Source: Nitrospirota bacterium
GTDB lineage: Bacteria; Nitrospirota; Nitrospiria; 2-01-FULL-66-17
Length of the DNA: 64,000 bases
Assembly: GCA_049325335.1 (NCBI GenBank)
Contig: JBMOMC010000006.1
Span: 32,001-96,000 of the forward strand
Reading direction: 5' to 3'
The notes under the pieces are model-generated. The model saw nothing but the letters and a program-made list of their open reading frames with translations, was not told the origin of the DNA and made no database searches. Below are positions 52,719-61,988 of the stretch, piece after piece. Position numbers and translations under genes: made by a program. Numbering within the stretch: position 1 is the stretch's first letter; every line of letters starts with the position of its first letter.

Positions 52719-54237
52719 GCCGCGCTCCGCTCAACTTCACCTCGTACGGCTGGCAGCGCGTCCAGGACCGGACCGCGTCTGGGGCGAGTGCTTCCAACGC
52801 GGGCAGGGACAGGGCGGCCACGCATTTGTACGTCACACCGCTCGCGTTGATATTGAACAGCGCCGACGGATTGGCCTTCCGGCCTTGCGTGGCCTCTGCC
52901 AGGACGCCGTGCTCGCGTAGCACGTCGACCAGGAGCGGCCAAGCGGGATGGAGTTTGCCGAGCGGTCGCTGGATCGGGAGCTTTTCTTTGAGTTGCGGCG
53001 GCAGACGGTCGAGTGTCTTCTCGCGCAGCGCGTGTTCGAGTACGAAGACGGTCTCTTCCGCCGTGAACCCATCGGGATACCCGCCGCGGTGCCGGTTGAT
53101 ATTGAGATCAGCCACCGCCGCGCAGAACGCCTCCCACAGATAGGGCTTGACCCCCTCGACCTGTTGTCGGCTCTGAGACGTTTCCTGCTCGTGCGCGATC
53201 GCGTCGGCCTTGTGCATCAGCTCGAACAGGACCGAGGTGAGCGGCGGGGCCGATGTCGGGATCTCTTCGGGGTTGTGGTAGTAGCGCACGGCGCACAGCA
53301 GCGCCTCGCGGTGAGCCGGGCTGCTCTCGGTATAGAGCGCCGGCAGGCTGGAGAGGATCAAGGCCGAGATTCGATCGTGGGGCAAGCGCCGATCGATCCA
53401 GCCGCCGTCTGATCTCTCGTAGGCCAGCAGTTTCCCCAGGTCGTGGGAGAGCGCCATCAGCAGGCACAGCCGACGCTCGTCATCGGGGCGACCCTGTGCG
53501 AGGGTGGCCATGATGTCGATCGTCCTCGCCGTGTGCTCGATCAGTCCGCCTGGCACGTTGAGGTGGTCGGCCAGTGAAGCCGGCTGTTCCGGCGATGCAG
53601 CGAAGCACGCGAGAATCTGCTCGGTTCCCGGCGAGAGGAAGCCCAGCTTCTCGGCCTGGGCAGACAGCGGCGTGGATCTGGCGTTCGCCTGCGGCACGCG
53701 CAAGTCCAGCGGCTGATCCGGAGTGACGATCATCCGCGACGTGTGAGGCAAGTCGTCCGCCGAAGGTCGGCGGCGAACGGTTCGTGTTATCACCAGCGCC
53801 GCTACGACTCCGAGCACCCCGTTCAGCGCACCCAAACCGAGTGCGGTGTCCCGCATGACGATCCACCGCAAACCGTTTTCGGCCGTCCAGAGATTCCAGG
53901 TCGATCGAGCCCCGCCGAGTACTGTGTGAAGTCCGTCTCCATTGGTCCCGTGACGGACCGTGATCGCTCCCTCCAGCGCGGTCTGGTAGGCGCTCCAGGC
54001 TCCGGAGGCGTTTTCCCGCGACATGATCCCTGCGATTGCTGCACCCGCATGCATCGGGAACCACCGTGTGCCGCGCCACAGCACCTCCGCTCTCTGAGCA
54101 CTTTCTTCGACCTGGGATCGAACGACATCGCCAAACGACGCGTGTGCCGACACCGGCGCAATCACGAGTGTCATCGCGAGGGTCACAGGAGCGAGTCCGG
54201 GAGCGAGGCGAACCAACCTTGAGGACGTTTCCACCAT
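52711..54237 (-). CDS. HD-domain protein resembling MOBH (TraI_2) relaxase, with signal peptide and TM helix
   Basis: PASLADHLNVPGGLIEH, SHDLGK, HKAD, LNIN...VFV; sits upstream of traD. Confidence 0.68.
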   Translation of the reverse strand: MVETSSRLVRLAPGLAPVTLAMTLVIAPVSAHASFGDVVRSQVEESAQRAEVLWRGTRWFPMHAGAAIAGIMSRENASGAWSAYQTALEGAITVRHGTNGDGLHTVLGGARSTWNLWTAENGLRWIVMRDTALGLGALNGVLGVVAALVITRTVRRRPSADDLPHTSRMIVTPDQPLDLRVPQANARSTPLSAQAEKLGFLSPGTEQILACFAASPEQPASLADHLNVPGGLIEHTARTIDIMATLAQGRPDDERRLCLLMALSHDLGKLLAYERSDGGWIDRRLPHDRISALILSSLPALYTESSPAHREALLCAVRYYHNPEEIPTSAPPLTSVLFELMHKADAIAHEQETSQSRQQVEGVKPYLWEAFCAAVADLNINRHRGGYPDGFTAEETVFVLEHALREKTLDRLPPQLKEKLPIQRPLGKLHPAWPLLVDVLREHGVLAEATQGRKANPSALFNINASGVTYKCVAALSLPALEALAPDAVRSWTRCQPYEVKLSGARRA

Positions 54238-54432
54238 CAGATCCGCTGTAGTTCCGAAGAATCAACGGGGTCTCCCCACGATACCTGCCCCATCCAAGTT
54301 CTCCTGCTCTGAATCGCGCCAAAAGACGCCCTACGCCGTCCGGTTTGCGACATCAGCCGGTCACGCGTGGTTGCTACAGTCGCGCTCACACAACGGGGCG
54401 CTGCCCCGACAACCAAGGGAGGAGGGAGAGGA

Positions 54433-54735
54433 ATGGGAGAGACACGTGGGGTGGGGCAGGTCGTAGTGTTGGCGCTGTTGGTGCTGGCCGTACTCGCGCC
54501 GACCGTGGCGCTCGCAGGCACGGCGGACACCGAGTTCCAACCGCTGTACCAGAAGTTCATCGACTGGGTGAGCGGGTATCTGGGCAAGACGCTCGCCGTG
54601 GCCGCGCTGATCGGGGGGTTGTTCATCGGCATTGTCCGCCAGAGCCCGCTGGCCGCCGTGGCCGGGGTGGCCACGGCAATCTTCGCAGCCTACGGTCCCA
54701 CCGTCATCGAAGGCCTGGTCGGCGCCACGTTCTAA
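54433..54735 (+). CDS. traA: Conjugative pilin TraA
   Basis: Leader ending ALA, then GTADTEFQPLY..WVSGYLGK and two hydrophobic helices; first gene of tra operon. Confidence 0.8.
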   Translation: MGETRGVGQVVVLALLVLAVLAPTVALAGTADTEFQPLYQKFIDWVSGYLGKTLAVAALIGGLFIGIVRQSPLAAVAGVATAIFAAYGPTVIEGLVGATF

Positions 54736-54856
54736 GCCCGTCCATGAACGGCCACCTGCTGCGTTGCCGCTGCGCTTCCGGTCCTCACGTACGCATTCAG
54801 TACGCTCCGGTCCGGTGCTCGCGGCGCCTTGCATCTGGCGCGCTCCTGAACGGGCT
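54735..54856. mobile_element. 122-bp MITE-like structured element related to 16420-16566
   Basis: Imperfect terminal IR AGCCCGTCCATGA / TCCTGAACGGGCT; internal TCCGGTCC direct repeats flank the hairpin CGTAC-N7-GTACG. Confidence 0.65.
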
Positions 54857-54890
54857 CAATCACCGAATACAGGACAGGTAGCAGACGATT

Positions 54891-55157
54891 ATGGAAAGTC
54901 GAATTCCAAGGCATATCGATGATCCGCCGCAATTTCTGTGGTGGGAGCTGGACGAGCTGATGTTCGTCGTCGCTGGTTTTGGCCTCGGCATCTTTCTCGA
55001 CTATCCCACCATCGGCGGTGTGCTCGGGATCGTTCTGGCCAGATTGGCCGGGAAGCAGAAATCGGGAAGGGCCGATGGCTATCTCTGGCACGCCTTGTAC
55101 TGGGTCGGCGTCGTGGCGGGCCGACCGTCGGGACACATTCGGGAGATGGTGGAGTGA
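54891..55157 (+). CDS. traL: TraL
   Basis: IPRHIDDPPQFLWWELDE ... GYLWHALYWVG. Confidence 0.88.
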   Translation: MESRIPRHIDDPPQFLWWELDELMFVVAGFGLGIFLDYPTIGGVLGIVLARLAGKQKSGRADGYLWHALYWVGVVAGRPSGHIREMVE

Positions 55158-55729
55158 GGATCGAGCGGTATCTCGCGGGACAGCGGGAGCACGGCCTGCT
55201 CAAGCTCGCGGTCCTGGCGCTGGTCCTGGGGCTGCTCGCCGAGGGCGTGCTGGTGCTCCTGATGGCGAGATCACAGCGCATCGTGCTCGTCCCGCCCGTG
55301 CTCTCGGAGCAACGCGAGATCTGGGTGAGCGACGAGGCCGCGAGCGCCGCGTACTTGGAGGATCAGACGCGGTTTCTGCTGCCGTTGCTGGCCGACGTAC
55401 ACCCCCGCAACCTGGACGCGCAGTTTGCCCTCTTTCTGCGGTACGTGGCGCCCGAGTCGTACGGCGCGGTCAAGGCGCAGTTGCTCGCCCAGGCCGAGCG
55501 CGCGCGGCGCAACGACCTCGCGCAAGTCTTCTACATCCAGGATTTCGACGTGAAAGACCAGACCGTCCGAGCGACCGGCCTCTTGCGGCGTTTCGTCGGC
55601 AAGACATCCACATCGGAGGAGGTGGCGACCTATGAAGTGCGTTACGAGATGCGGCGTGGCCGCCCTGTGGTGGTGGGCGTTGCTGTCGGCGCCCCAGGCG
55701 TGGGCGCTCCAGAGCGTGTCGGGCCATGA
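55154..55729 (+). CDS. traE: TraE
   Basis: N-terminal TM, IVLVPP..IWVS..ASAAYLE; GTGA overlap with traL. Confidence 0.82.
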   Translation: MRIERYLAGQREHGLLKLAVLALVLGLLAEGVLVLLMARSQRIVLVPPVLSEQREIWVSDEAASAAYLEDQTRFLLPLLADVHPRNLDAQFALFLRYVAPESYGAVKAQLLAQAERARRNDLAQVFYIQDFDVKDQTVRATGLLRRFVGKTSTSEEVATYEVRYEMRRGRPVVVGVAVGAPGVGAPERVGP

Positions 55730-56318
55730 CGCGGCGGTGGTGAAGGTCAGCAATCGGGACCTCAATCGCATCGCGCTGCCGTCCAAGGTCCTCAAGGCCT
55801 ACACGACCAAGCCCATCGACGTGAAGGTCGAGGGCCGCGACGTGTACGTGAAGGTGCCCGCGACCGTCACCGGGCCGATCGAGCTGTACCTGCTCACCGA
55901 AGAGGACACCTACACGCTCATGCTGGTCCCGGTTCCCGCCCCGGCCGAGACCGTGGTGATCAAGGCCGGACCTGACACCGGGCCCAGCCTAGAGGGCGAG
56001 ACTTACGTGCGGCAGATCAAGGCCCTGCTGCGAGCGATCGCGTCGGGCGTGGTTCCGAAGGGCTATGACGGGAGCACGATCGCAGAGGGTAAGGAGGCTT
56101 GCACGGTCTCGCAGTGTTCCCTCACTTCGGTGCGACGTTACGTGGGCGCGCGCCTCTCCGTCACCGAATACCGACTCACCAACCCCGGAACGGAGCCGCG
56201 CACGTATGGAGAGGCGTCATTCGACCGGCCGGGCACGCGGGCGGTAGCCATCGAGCGCCAGCCGCTCGAAGCAGGCGGGGCGACGCGGCTGTTCCGGGTC
56301 GAGGAGGTCGGGCCGTGA
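55632..56318 (+). CDS. traK: TraK (F-type secretin-like)
   Basis: Signal peptide; VSNRDLNRI; TYTLMLVP; position between traE and traB. Confidence 0.8.
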   Translation: MKCVTRCGVAALWWWALLSAPQAWALQSVSGHDAAVVKVSNRDLNRIALPSKVLKAYTTKPIDVKVEGRDVYVKVPATVTGPIELYLLTEEDTYTLMLVPVPAPAETVVIKAGPDTGPSLEGETYVRQIKALLRAIASGVVPKGYDGSTIAEGKEACTVSQCSLTSVRRYVGARLSVTEYRLTNPGTEPRTYGEASFDRPGTRAVAIERQPLEAGGATRLFRVEEVGP

Positions 56319-57499
56319 CGCTGCAGGAACGCGTCCGCGCGCTCGGTCGCAAGCCCCTGGTCGTGATGGGCGTCATCGCGGTCGCGATCCTGATTGTGGT
56401 TGTGCTGATCATCGGACCCGGCACTCCGCCCAGGCCAACTCCATCCAAGAAGCCGGTGGAAGTCAACGTCCTTGGCAGCGCGGACCTGGAGAAAGAGCAC
56501 TGGCGCGCGACCGCCGAGAAGGATCTCGAAGCGATCAAGATCCAGCAACGCGCGATCGAGGAACAGCTCAAGGCGCTCGCCGAGAAGGGATCGGACCGGT
56601 CTTCACGAATGACGCCGTCCCCGACGACCGAATCGGTTCGGCGCGACCCGTTCGAGCCGAGGATCAAACCGGCGCCGATCCAGTCTCCGCCCCCGGTGGC
56701 CACGGCGATGCCGATACGACCTGAGATGGCCCCGATGCCCGCGCCGTTTCCCGCCCCCGAGCCGATCCGCATCTTCGGGCCGGAGTCCGGGGTCGGATCG
56801 GCGCTCACGGCGCCCCCCTCGAGACCGGTGGAAGCTGCGCACGCCACCGGGACGGGCGAGGAGTCGGCGTACCTGCCATCCGGCAGCTTTGTCCAAGGCA
56901 TCCTGCTGTCCGGGCTCGACGCGCCAGCGGGCGTCACGGCCTCCAAGGAGCCGCACCCGGTGTTGATCAAGCTCTCGGACCTCGCCGTGTTGCCCAACCG
57001 CGCGCGTCTGGACATCAAGGACTGCTTCATCGTGGGCGAGGGGTACGGAGACCTCTCCTCCGAGCGCGCCTACGTCAGGACAACCACGCTCTCGTGCGTG
57101 AAGGCGAACGGCCGGAGCCTGGATACGCCGCTCAAGGGGTTCGTCGCGGGCGAGGACGGCAAGGTCGGGCTCCGCGGCCGCGTGGTATCAAAGCAGGGGC
57201 AGTTCCTGGCCAAGGCGCTGGTCGCCGGGTTCGCCGAGGGACTGTCGGACGTCTTCAGGCTCTCGGCCACGACCGTGAGCGTCTCGCCGCTGGGGTCCAC
57301 CCAGTCGATCGACCCCGAGCGCGCCCTGGAGGCGGGCGCGCTCTCCGGCACGGGCAGGGCCCTCGACCGTTTGGCGCAGCACTACATCAACATGGCGGAG
57401 CGGCTGTTCCCCGTGATCGAGATCGACGCGGGCCGCAAGGCCGAGGTGGTCGTCCTGCAAGGGCGTCCGCTCGAATCCATGGAGGCCAAGACCCGATGA
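56315..57499 (+). CDS. traB: TraB (VirB10-like)
   Basis: YLPSGSF..LLSGLDAP, GDLSSERAYVR, EDGKVGLRG, PVIEIDAGR. Confidence 0.9.
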   Translation: MTLQERVRALGRKPLVVMGVIAVAILIVVVLIIGPGTPPRPTPSKKPVEVNVLGSADLEKEHWRATAEKDLEAIKIQQRAIEEQLKALAEKGSDRSSRMTPSPTTESVRRDPFEPRIKPAPIQSPPPVATAMPIRPEMAPMPAPFPAPEPIRIFGPESGVGSALTAPPSRPVEAAHATGTGEESAYLPSGSFVQGILLSGLDAPAGVTASKEPHPVLIKLSDLAVLPNRARLDIKDCFIVGEGYGDLSSERAYVRTTTLSCVKANGRSLDTPLKGFVAGEDGKVGLRGRVVSKQGQFLAKALVAGFAEGLSDVFRLSATTVSVSPLGSTQSIDPERALEAGALSGTGRALDRLAQHYINMAERLFPVIEIDAGRKAEVVVLQGRPLESMEAKTR

Positions 57500-58218
57500 A
57501 GATCGTCCAGCACGTGTTCGCACTCGTGGTGTTCACCGCGGCGGCCACACCGGCCCTCGCAGCGGAGGAGATTCCGGCCGCGGTGCGCCAGGCGCTGCCA
57601 CAGGTCGACATCGAGCGCGTCGAGGCGCGCGAGCTGGCCTCGCCACTCTACACCGTGGTGACGGCACAAGGCGTCTTCTATCTGGATGGCAGCGGCCGCT
57701 ATCTCTTCACCGGCGACCTGTACGACCTGAAGACCCAAGAGAATCTGACCCAGGCCACGCTCTCGGCGCGGCGTCGCATCACCTTCAACGATCTGCCGCT
57801 TGGAGACGCGATTCTCTACAAGAAGGGGCCGCGCCGCCTGGCGATCTTCGTGGATCCTGACTGCCCGTACTGCCGCAAGCTGCATCAAGAGCTGGGACAG
57901 CTCGACGCCACCGTATACGTCTTCCTGTATCCCCTCGCCGAACTGCATCCCCTGGCCTATCGCAAGTCCGTGTCGATCTGGTGCAGCGAGAACCGGATCG
58001 TTGCGCTCGATGCCGCGCTGGGCGGACAGGTGATCCCCGCGCGCGATTGCGAACATCCGATTGACCGTACCGTCAGCCTGGGGACGCGGCTTGGGGTCCG
58101 GGCCACGCCGACCATCGTGCTCGATGACGGGCGTTGGATTGAGGGCTACCGCTCCGCCGCCGAGCTGGCCCGGCTGCTGGGCACGGCGTCTTCAGGAGTT
58201 CCCAACACCAATCGCTGA
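57496..58218 (+). CDS. dsbC: DsbC-family thiol:disulfide isomerase
   Basis: Signal peptide; DPDCPYC; GVRATPT. Confidence 0.88.
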   Translation: MKIVQHVFALVVFTAAATPALAAEEIPAAVRQALPQVDIERVEARELASPLYTVVTAQGVFYLDGSGRYLFTGDLYDLKTQENLTQATLSARRRITFNDLPLGDAILYKKGPRRLAIFVDPDCPYCRKLHQELGQLDATVYVFLYPLAELHPLAYRKSVSIWCSENRIVALDAALGGQVIPARDCEHPIDRTVSLGTRLGVRATPTIVLDDGRWIEGYRSAAELARLLGTASSGVPNTNR

Positions 58219-58255
58219 GGGATTCATCCACCATCTACCAAGGAGCTGTGACGCG

Positions 58256-58378
58256 ATGACCCACGATCTGTTGTATTTCGTCTTACTCCTGCTGCCTATC
58301 GCGGGACCGACCTGGTACCTGCACGTCGAAGCCAGGCAAGAGGCCGCTCGCCTTGCAAGGGAGGAACGATCGTCATGA
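58256..58378 (+). CDS. 40-aa single-TM small protein
   Basis: RBS AAGGAG; MTHDLLYFVLLLLPIAGPTWYLHVEARQEAARLAREERSS; ATGA overlap with traV. Confidence 0.5.
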   Translation: MTHDLLYFVLLLLPIAGPTWYLHVEARQEAARLAREERSS

Positions 58379-58773
58379 GGTTCGCGGCGGCGTGCGCGTC
58401 AATCCTTGCTGCGGCGGTCCTTGCGGGTTGCGCCGCCCGCTATAGCTGTCCCGCACCCAAAGGCGTGTCGTGCAAGCCGATCTCGGAGGTGTACCGGTCC
58501 ACGCTCGGCAGCGCCACAACACCGAAGGCGGCGAAGAATGCGACGGCTCCGTCGATCCCAGCCAAGCCTCCTGCTACGCCCTCGCTCGCCGAGAGCCAGC
58601 CGCCGATCCGCTCGGCCCCCAAGATCCTGCGGGTGTGGATCGCGCCCTGGATCGATGACGAGGGCGACCTGCACCAGGAGGGGTACGTGTACGTGGTGGT
58701 CGATCACGGAGCCTGGGCGTTCGGGGTGCCTGCGACGACTCAAGAGGCGGGGAGCCGCGATGAGGCGAAGTGA
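58375..58773 (+). CDS. traV: TraV lipoprotein
   Basis: Lipobox LAGC; YSCPAPKGVSC; RVWIAPWIDDEGDLH. Confidence 0.88.
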   Translation: MRFAAACASILAAAVLAGCAARYSCPAPKGVSCKPISEVYRSTLGSATTPKAAKNATAPSIPAKPPATPSLAESQPPIRSAPKILRVWIAPWIDDEGDLHQEGYVYVVVDHGAWAFGVPATTQEAGSRDEAK

Positions 58774-61153
58774 ACGACTGCAGGAGCTCTTCGAGCGCGA
58801 GGGGCTCTCCTCGTTCCTGCCGTACGAGGCCTATGACCCGGAGACCGGAGTCTTTCTGGTCGAGCACGGCGCCGGGGTGGTCTTTGAGTGCCTGCCGCGC
58901 TGCGGCGTGGGGATGGAGACGATCCAGGTGCTGGAGGCGCTCTATGCCGCGACCTTCCTACCGCCGGGCACCGCCATTCAGGTGATGCTCTACGCCTCGC
59001 CCTCGGTGGGGTCGTTGCTCGCGCTCTGGAGCCAGGCGCGCGGGACCGGTCCCTTGTTCGCGCGTATGGCGCAGCAGCGGATCGATCTCCTGCGTGGCCG
59101 GTCCTCGGGGGAGGGCGATGCGGGGCTCGGGCCCGCGCCGGTCCGCGACTTCCGGCTCCTGGTGAGCGTGACCGTGCCGGCGAATCACAACGGATCGGGC
59201 TCGTTGACCGATCGAGCCGGCGAACTGTTCACCAAGGTCGAGGGCCTCCTTCAGTCCATGCACCTCTTTCCCCGCAAGCTCTCGGCGCACGGCCTGATCG
59301 GCCTGGTCTTCGAGCTGCTCAATCCTTGCCATCCGGTCGAGCGGCTTCCGGTGTGGGACGAGTCGGCTCCGCTGGGCGAGCAGATGGTGTTCGCGGACAG
59401 CCCGCTGCGACTGGAGCCCGCGCATCTCGCGCTCGACGGCCGGGTCATCAAGAGCCTGTCGGTCAAGCAGTACCCCCAGGAGGCGAGCCTGGCCACCATG
59501 AACCAGGTGATCGGCGACGGCTTGAAAGGGATGGACCAGATCCCCACGCCGTTCTGCCTGACACTGAACGCCCTGGTCCTGGATCTCGACAAGGACGTGA
59601 AGGCCATCGAGGCCAAGGCTGGCCTGGTGACTTACCAATCGCTCGGCGTGCTGGCGCGCATTCTGCCCAAGATCCATGAAAAGAAGGAGCACTTCGACGT
59701 GCTGCTGAAAGGCCTCGGCAACGGTCGCCGGCTGATCAAGGCCTACCTGCACCTGGCCCTGTATGGAAGCGAGGTGCAGAGCCTCGATCAGGTCGCCCAG
59801 CAGGTAGTGGGCCTGTTTCGCAAGCAGGGGTTCATCCTGCAGGAGGATCACTTCATCACATTGCCCCTCCTGCTCGCGAGCCTGCCGATGGGCCTCGGCG
59901 CCGAGCACGAGAAGAAACTGCTCAAGCGCGCCAAGACCGTTCTGTCGTCCAACGCCGCGTTCCTCTCGCCGGTCTGCGCAGACTGGAAAGGCACTGGCTC
60001 GCCCGCGCTGCTGCTGATCTCCCGGCGCGGCCAGGTCATGCTGCTCGACCTGTTCGACTCGCCCGGCAACTACAACGCGGTGGTGGCGGCCAGTTCCGGA
60101 TCGGGCAAGAGCTTTCTGGTCAACGAGCTCTGCCTGTCCTACCTGGCCGCGGGCGGGCAGGTCTGGGTGATCGACATTGGCCGGAGCTACGCCAAGCTCT
60201 GTCGCCTGTTGGATGGCGACTTCATCGAGTTCCGGCCGGACAACCCGCCGGGCCTGAACCCGTTCTCGCGGGTGAAGGACCTGGACGGCGAGGACACGGA
60301 CCTCGATCTCTTGATCCCGATCATCGGCCAGATGGCCTCGCCCTCCAAGCCGCTCTCGGACTTGGAGCGTTCCTTCATCGAACGGGCGATCCGCAAAGCG
60401 TTCGCCCAGCACCAGCACAAGACCACGATCACGGCGGTGGCCGAGGCGCTGGCAGGAACCGACGATGCCCGAGCCAAGGACCTGGCCACCATGCTCTTCC
60501 CCTACACGCGCCGTGGGCGTTACGGCCGGTTCTTCGAGGGCGAGATGACGCTCCGATCGAAGAACCCGTTCGTGGTCCTGGAGCTGGAGGAACTGCGGGG
60601 CAAGGGCGATCTGCGAAGCGTGGTGCTTCTGCTGCTGATCTACTACATCCAGACCGAGATGTACCTGGGCGAGCGCAAGCGCAAAAAGCTCGTGGTGATC
60701 GACGAAGCGTGGGACCTGCTGGGCGAAGGAAACACCGCGAAGTTCATCGAGCACGGCTACCGGCGCTTTCGCAAGTACAACGGAGGCATTGTGACGATCA
60801 CGCAGGGGATCAACGATCTGGCCAAGACCGACGCCGGCCGCGCGGCCTTGGAGAACAGCGACTTTCTGTTCCTGCTACGACAGAAGGCAGAGAGCCTGAT
60901 GGCGCTCAAGGAGACGGGCCGACTCTTGATGGATCAGGCGTTGTTCGAGTTGCTCTCCAGCGTCCACACGGTGCCGGGGCGCTACTCGGAGGTCTTCGTG
61001 CGCACACCGATCGGCGCAGGGATCGGGCGGCTGATGGTGGATCCGTTCACGCACCTGGTCTACACGACCAACCCAGCCGAGTACGCGCGTGTGGAGGCGT
61101 TTCAGAAAGAGGGATTGAGTCTGGTGGAGGCGATCGAGCGATGTCTCGATTGA
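58760..61153 (+). CDS. traC: TraC (VirB4-like ATPase)
   Basis: SFLPY, ASSGSGKS, IDIGRSY, IDEAWDLL, RRFRKYNG, DPF. Confidence 0.92.
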   Translation: MRRSERLQELFEREGLSSFLPYEAYDPETGVFLVEHGAGVVFECLPRCGVGMETIQVLEALYAATFLPPGTAIQVMLYASPSVGSLLALWSQARGTGPLFARMAQQRIDLLRGRSSGEGDAGLGPAPVRDFRLLVSVTVPANHNGSGSLTDRAGELFTKVEGLLQSMHLFPRKLSAHGLIGLVFELLNPCHPVERLPVWDESAPLGEQMVFADSPLRLEPAHLALDGRVIKSLSVKQYPQEASLATMNQVIGDGLKGMDQIPTPFCLTLNALVLDLDKDVKAIEAKAGLVTYQSLGVLARILPKIHEKKEHFDVLLKGLGNGRRLIKAYLHLALYGSEVQSLDQVAQQVVGLFRKQGFILQEDHFITLPLLLASLPMGLGAEHEKKLLKRAKTVLSSNAAFLSPVCADWKGTGSPALLLISRRGQVMLLDLFDSPGNYNAVVAASSGSGKSFLVNELCLSYLAAGGQVWVIDIGRSYAKLCRLLDGDFIEFRPDNPPGLNPFSRVKDLDGEDTDLDLLIPIIGQMASPSKPLSDLERSFIERAIRKAFAQHQHKTTITAVAEALAGTDDARAKDLATMLFPYTRRGRYGRFFEGEMTLRSKNPFVVLELEELRGKGDLRSVVLLLLIYYIQTEMYLGERKRKKLVVIDEAWDLLGEGNTAKFIEHGYRRFRKYNGGIVTITQGINDLAKTDAGRAALENSDFLFLLRQKAESLMALKETGRLLMDQALFELLSSVHTVPGRYSEVFVRTPIGAGIGRLMVDPFTHLVYTTNPAEYARVEAFQKEGLSLVEAIERCLD

Positions 61154-61509
61154 TCGCCGTTGCGTTATTGAGCGCTGTGCTGGGTGCCGGTGCAGCGGCC
61201 GCTCTTCTCCGATGGGACGTGCCCAGTGCGAAGCAGGACCCAGGGGCTTTTCTAGCCGTTGTGGATTTGGCGAGCATCGTCGAGCGGCAGAGGGCGGCGG
61301 TGATTCGCGTGGCCCGTGATCCTGACTCGGCCGAGTCGATGATGGCCGAGCGGCTGGTGCGCCTCGCGTCCGTCCTCGCCGAGGCAGGCCAGACGCGCGT
61401 GATCTTGAACAAGCCGGCAGTGGTCAGTGGGACCCTGATCGATCTAACTGGGGAGATCGAGGAGCGACTCAAGCGAGAGGGGATCGATGCGCGTGAGCCG
61501 TCGCGTTGA
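61141..61509 (+). CDS. TrbI-like protein
   Basis: N-terminal TM, AVVDL, ILNKPAVVSG..DLT; follows traC. Confidence 0.6.
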   Translation: MSRLIAVALLSAVLGAGAAAALLRWDVPSAKQDPGAFLAVVDLASIVERQRAAVIRVARDPDSAESMMAERLVRLASVLAEAGQTRVILNKPAVVSGTLIDLTGEIEERLKREGIDAREPSR

Positions 61510-61978
61510 GAGGTGGACGGTGCTCGTGTGGACGGTGGTGCTGGTGGTGATCGGGAGCCAAGCCGCTCTGGCGCTGTCCGCGGTCTCACTAGGCATCAAC
61601 CCGACGGCGTCGCAGCCGTATCGCGTGTTCGTGGTGCTGCACGGACGGTCGTTCGGTCGCGATGACCTGGTCGCGTTTCGGTTCGGGGGAAGCCGCTACT
61701 ACCCCGAGGGAACGCTTTTCGTGAAAGTAGTCAAAGGACTGCCGGGCGATCGCCTGGAAATCCGCGAGGACCGGACGGTCTGGCTCGATGGCGTGCGGCT
61801 GGATTCCGTTCGCGCGACCGATAGCAAAGGCCGCACGGTCGAGCCATTTCGGTTCGAGGGCGTGATCCCGGAGGACACGTACTTTCTCTACTCTCCCGCG
61901 CCAAACTCCTACGACAGCCGCTACTACGGTCTGATCGCCAAAAGCCAAATCATAGGGCGAGTCGTGCCGCTCTTGTGA
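61487..61978 (+). CDS. Conjugative S26 peptidase (TrhF-like)
   Basis: NPTASQP, FVKVVKGLPGD, NSYDSRYYG. Confidence 0.85.
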   Translation: MRVSRRVERWTVLVWTVVLVVIGSQAALALSAVSLGINPTASQPYRVFVVLHGRSFGRDDLVAFRFGGSRYYPEGTLFVKVVKGLPGDRLEIREDRTVWLDGVRLDSVRATDSKGRTVEPFRFEGVIPEDTYFLYSPAPNSYDSRYYGLIAKSQIIGRVVPLL

Positions 61979-61988
61979 GGTCTAAGCG

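Noticed and set aside
54358..54376. sigma54-like sequence GGTCACGCGTGGTTGCT before traA
   Set aside because: GG to GC spacing is 12, not the required 10.
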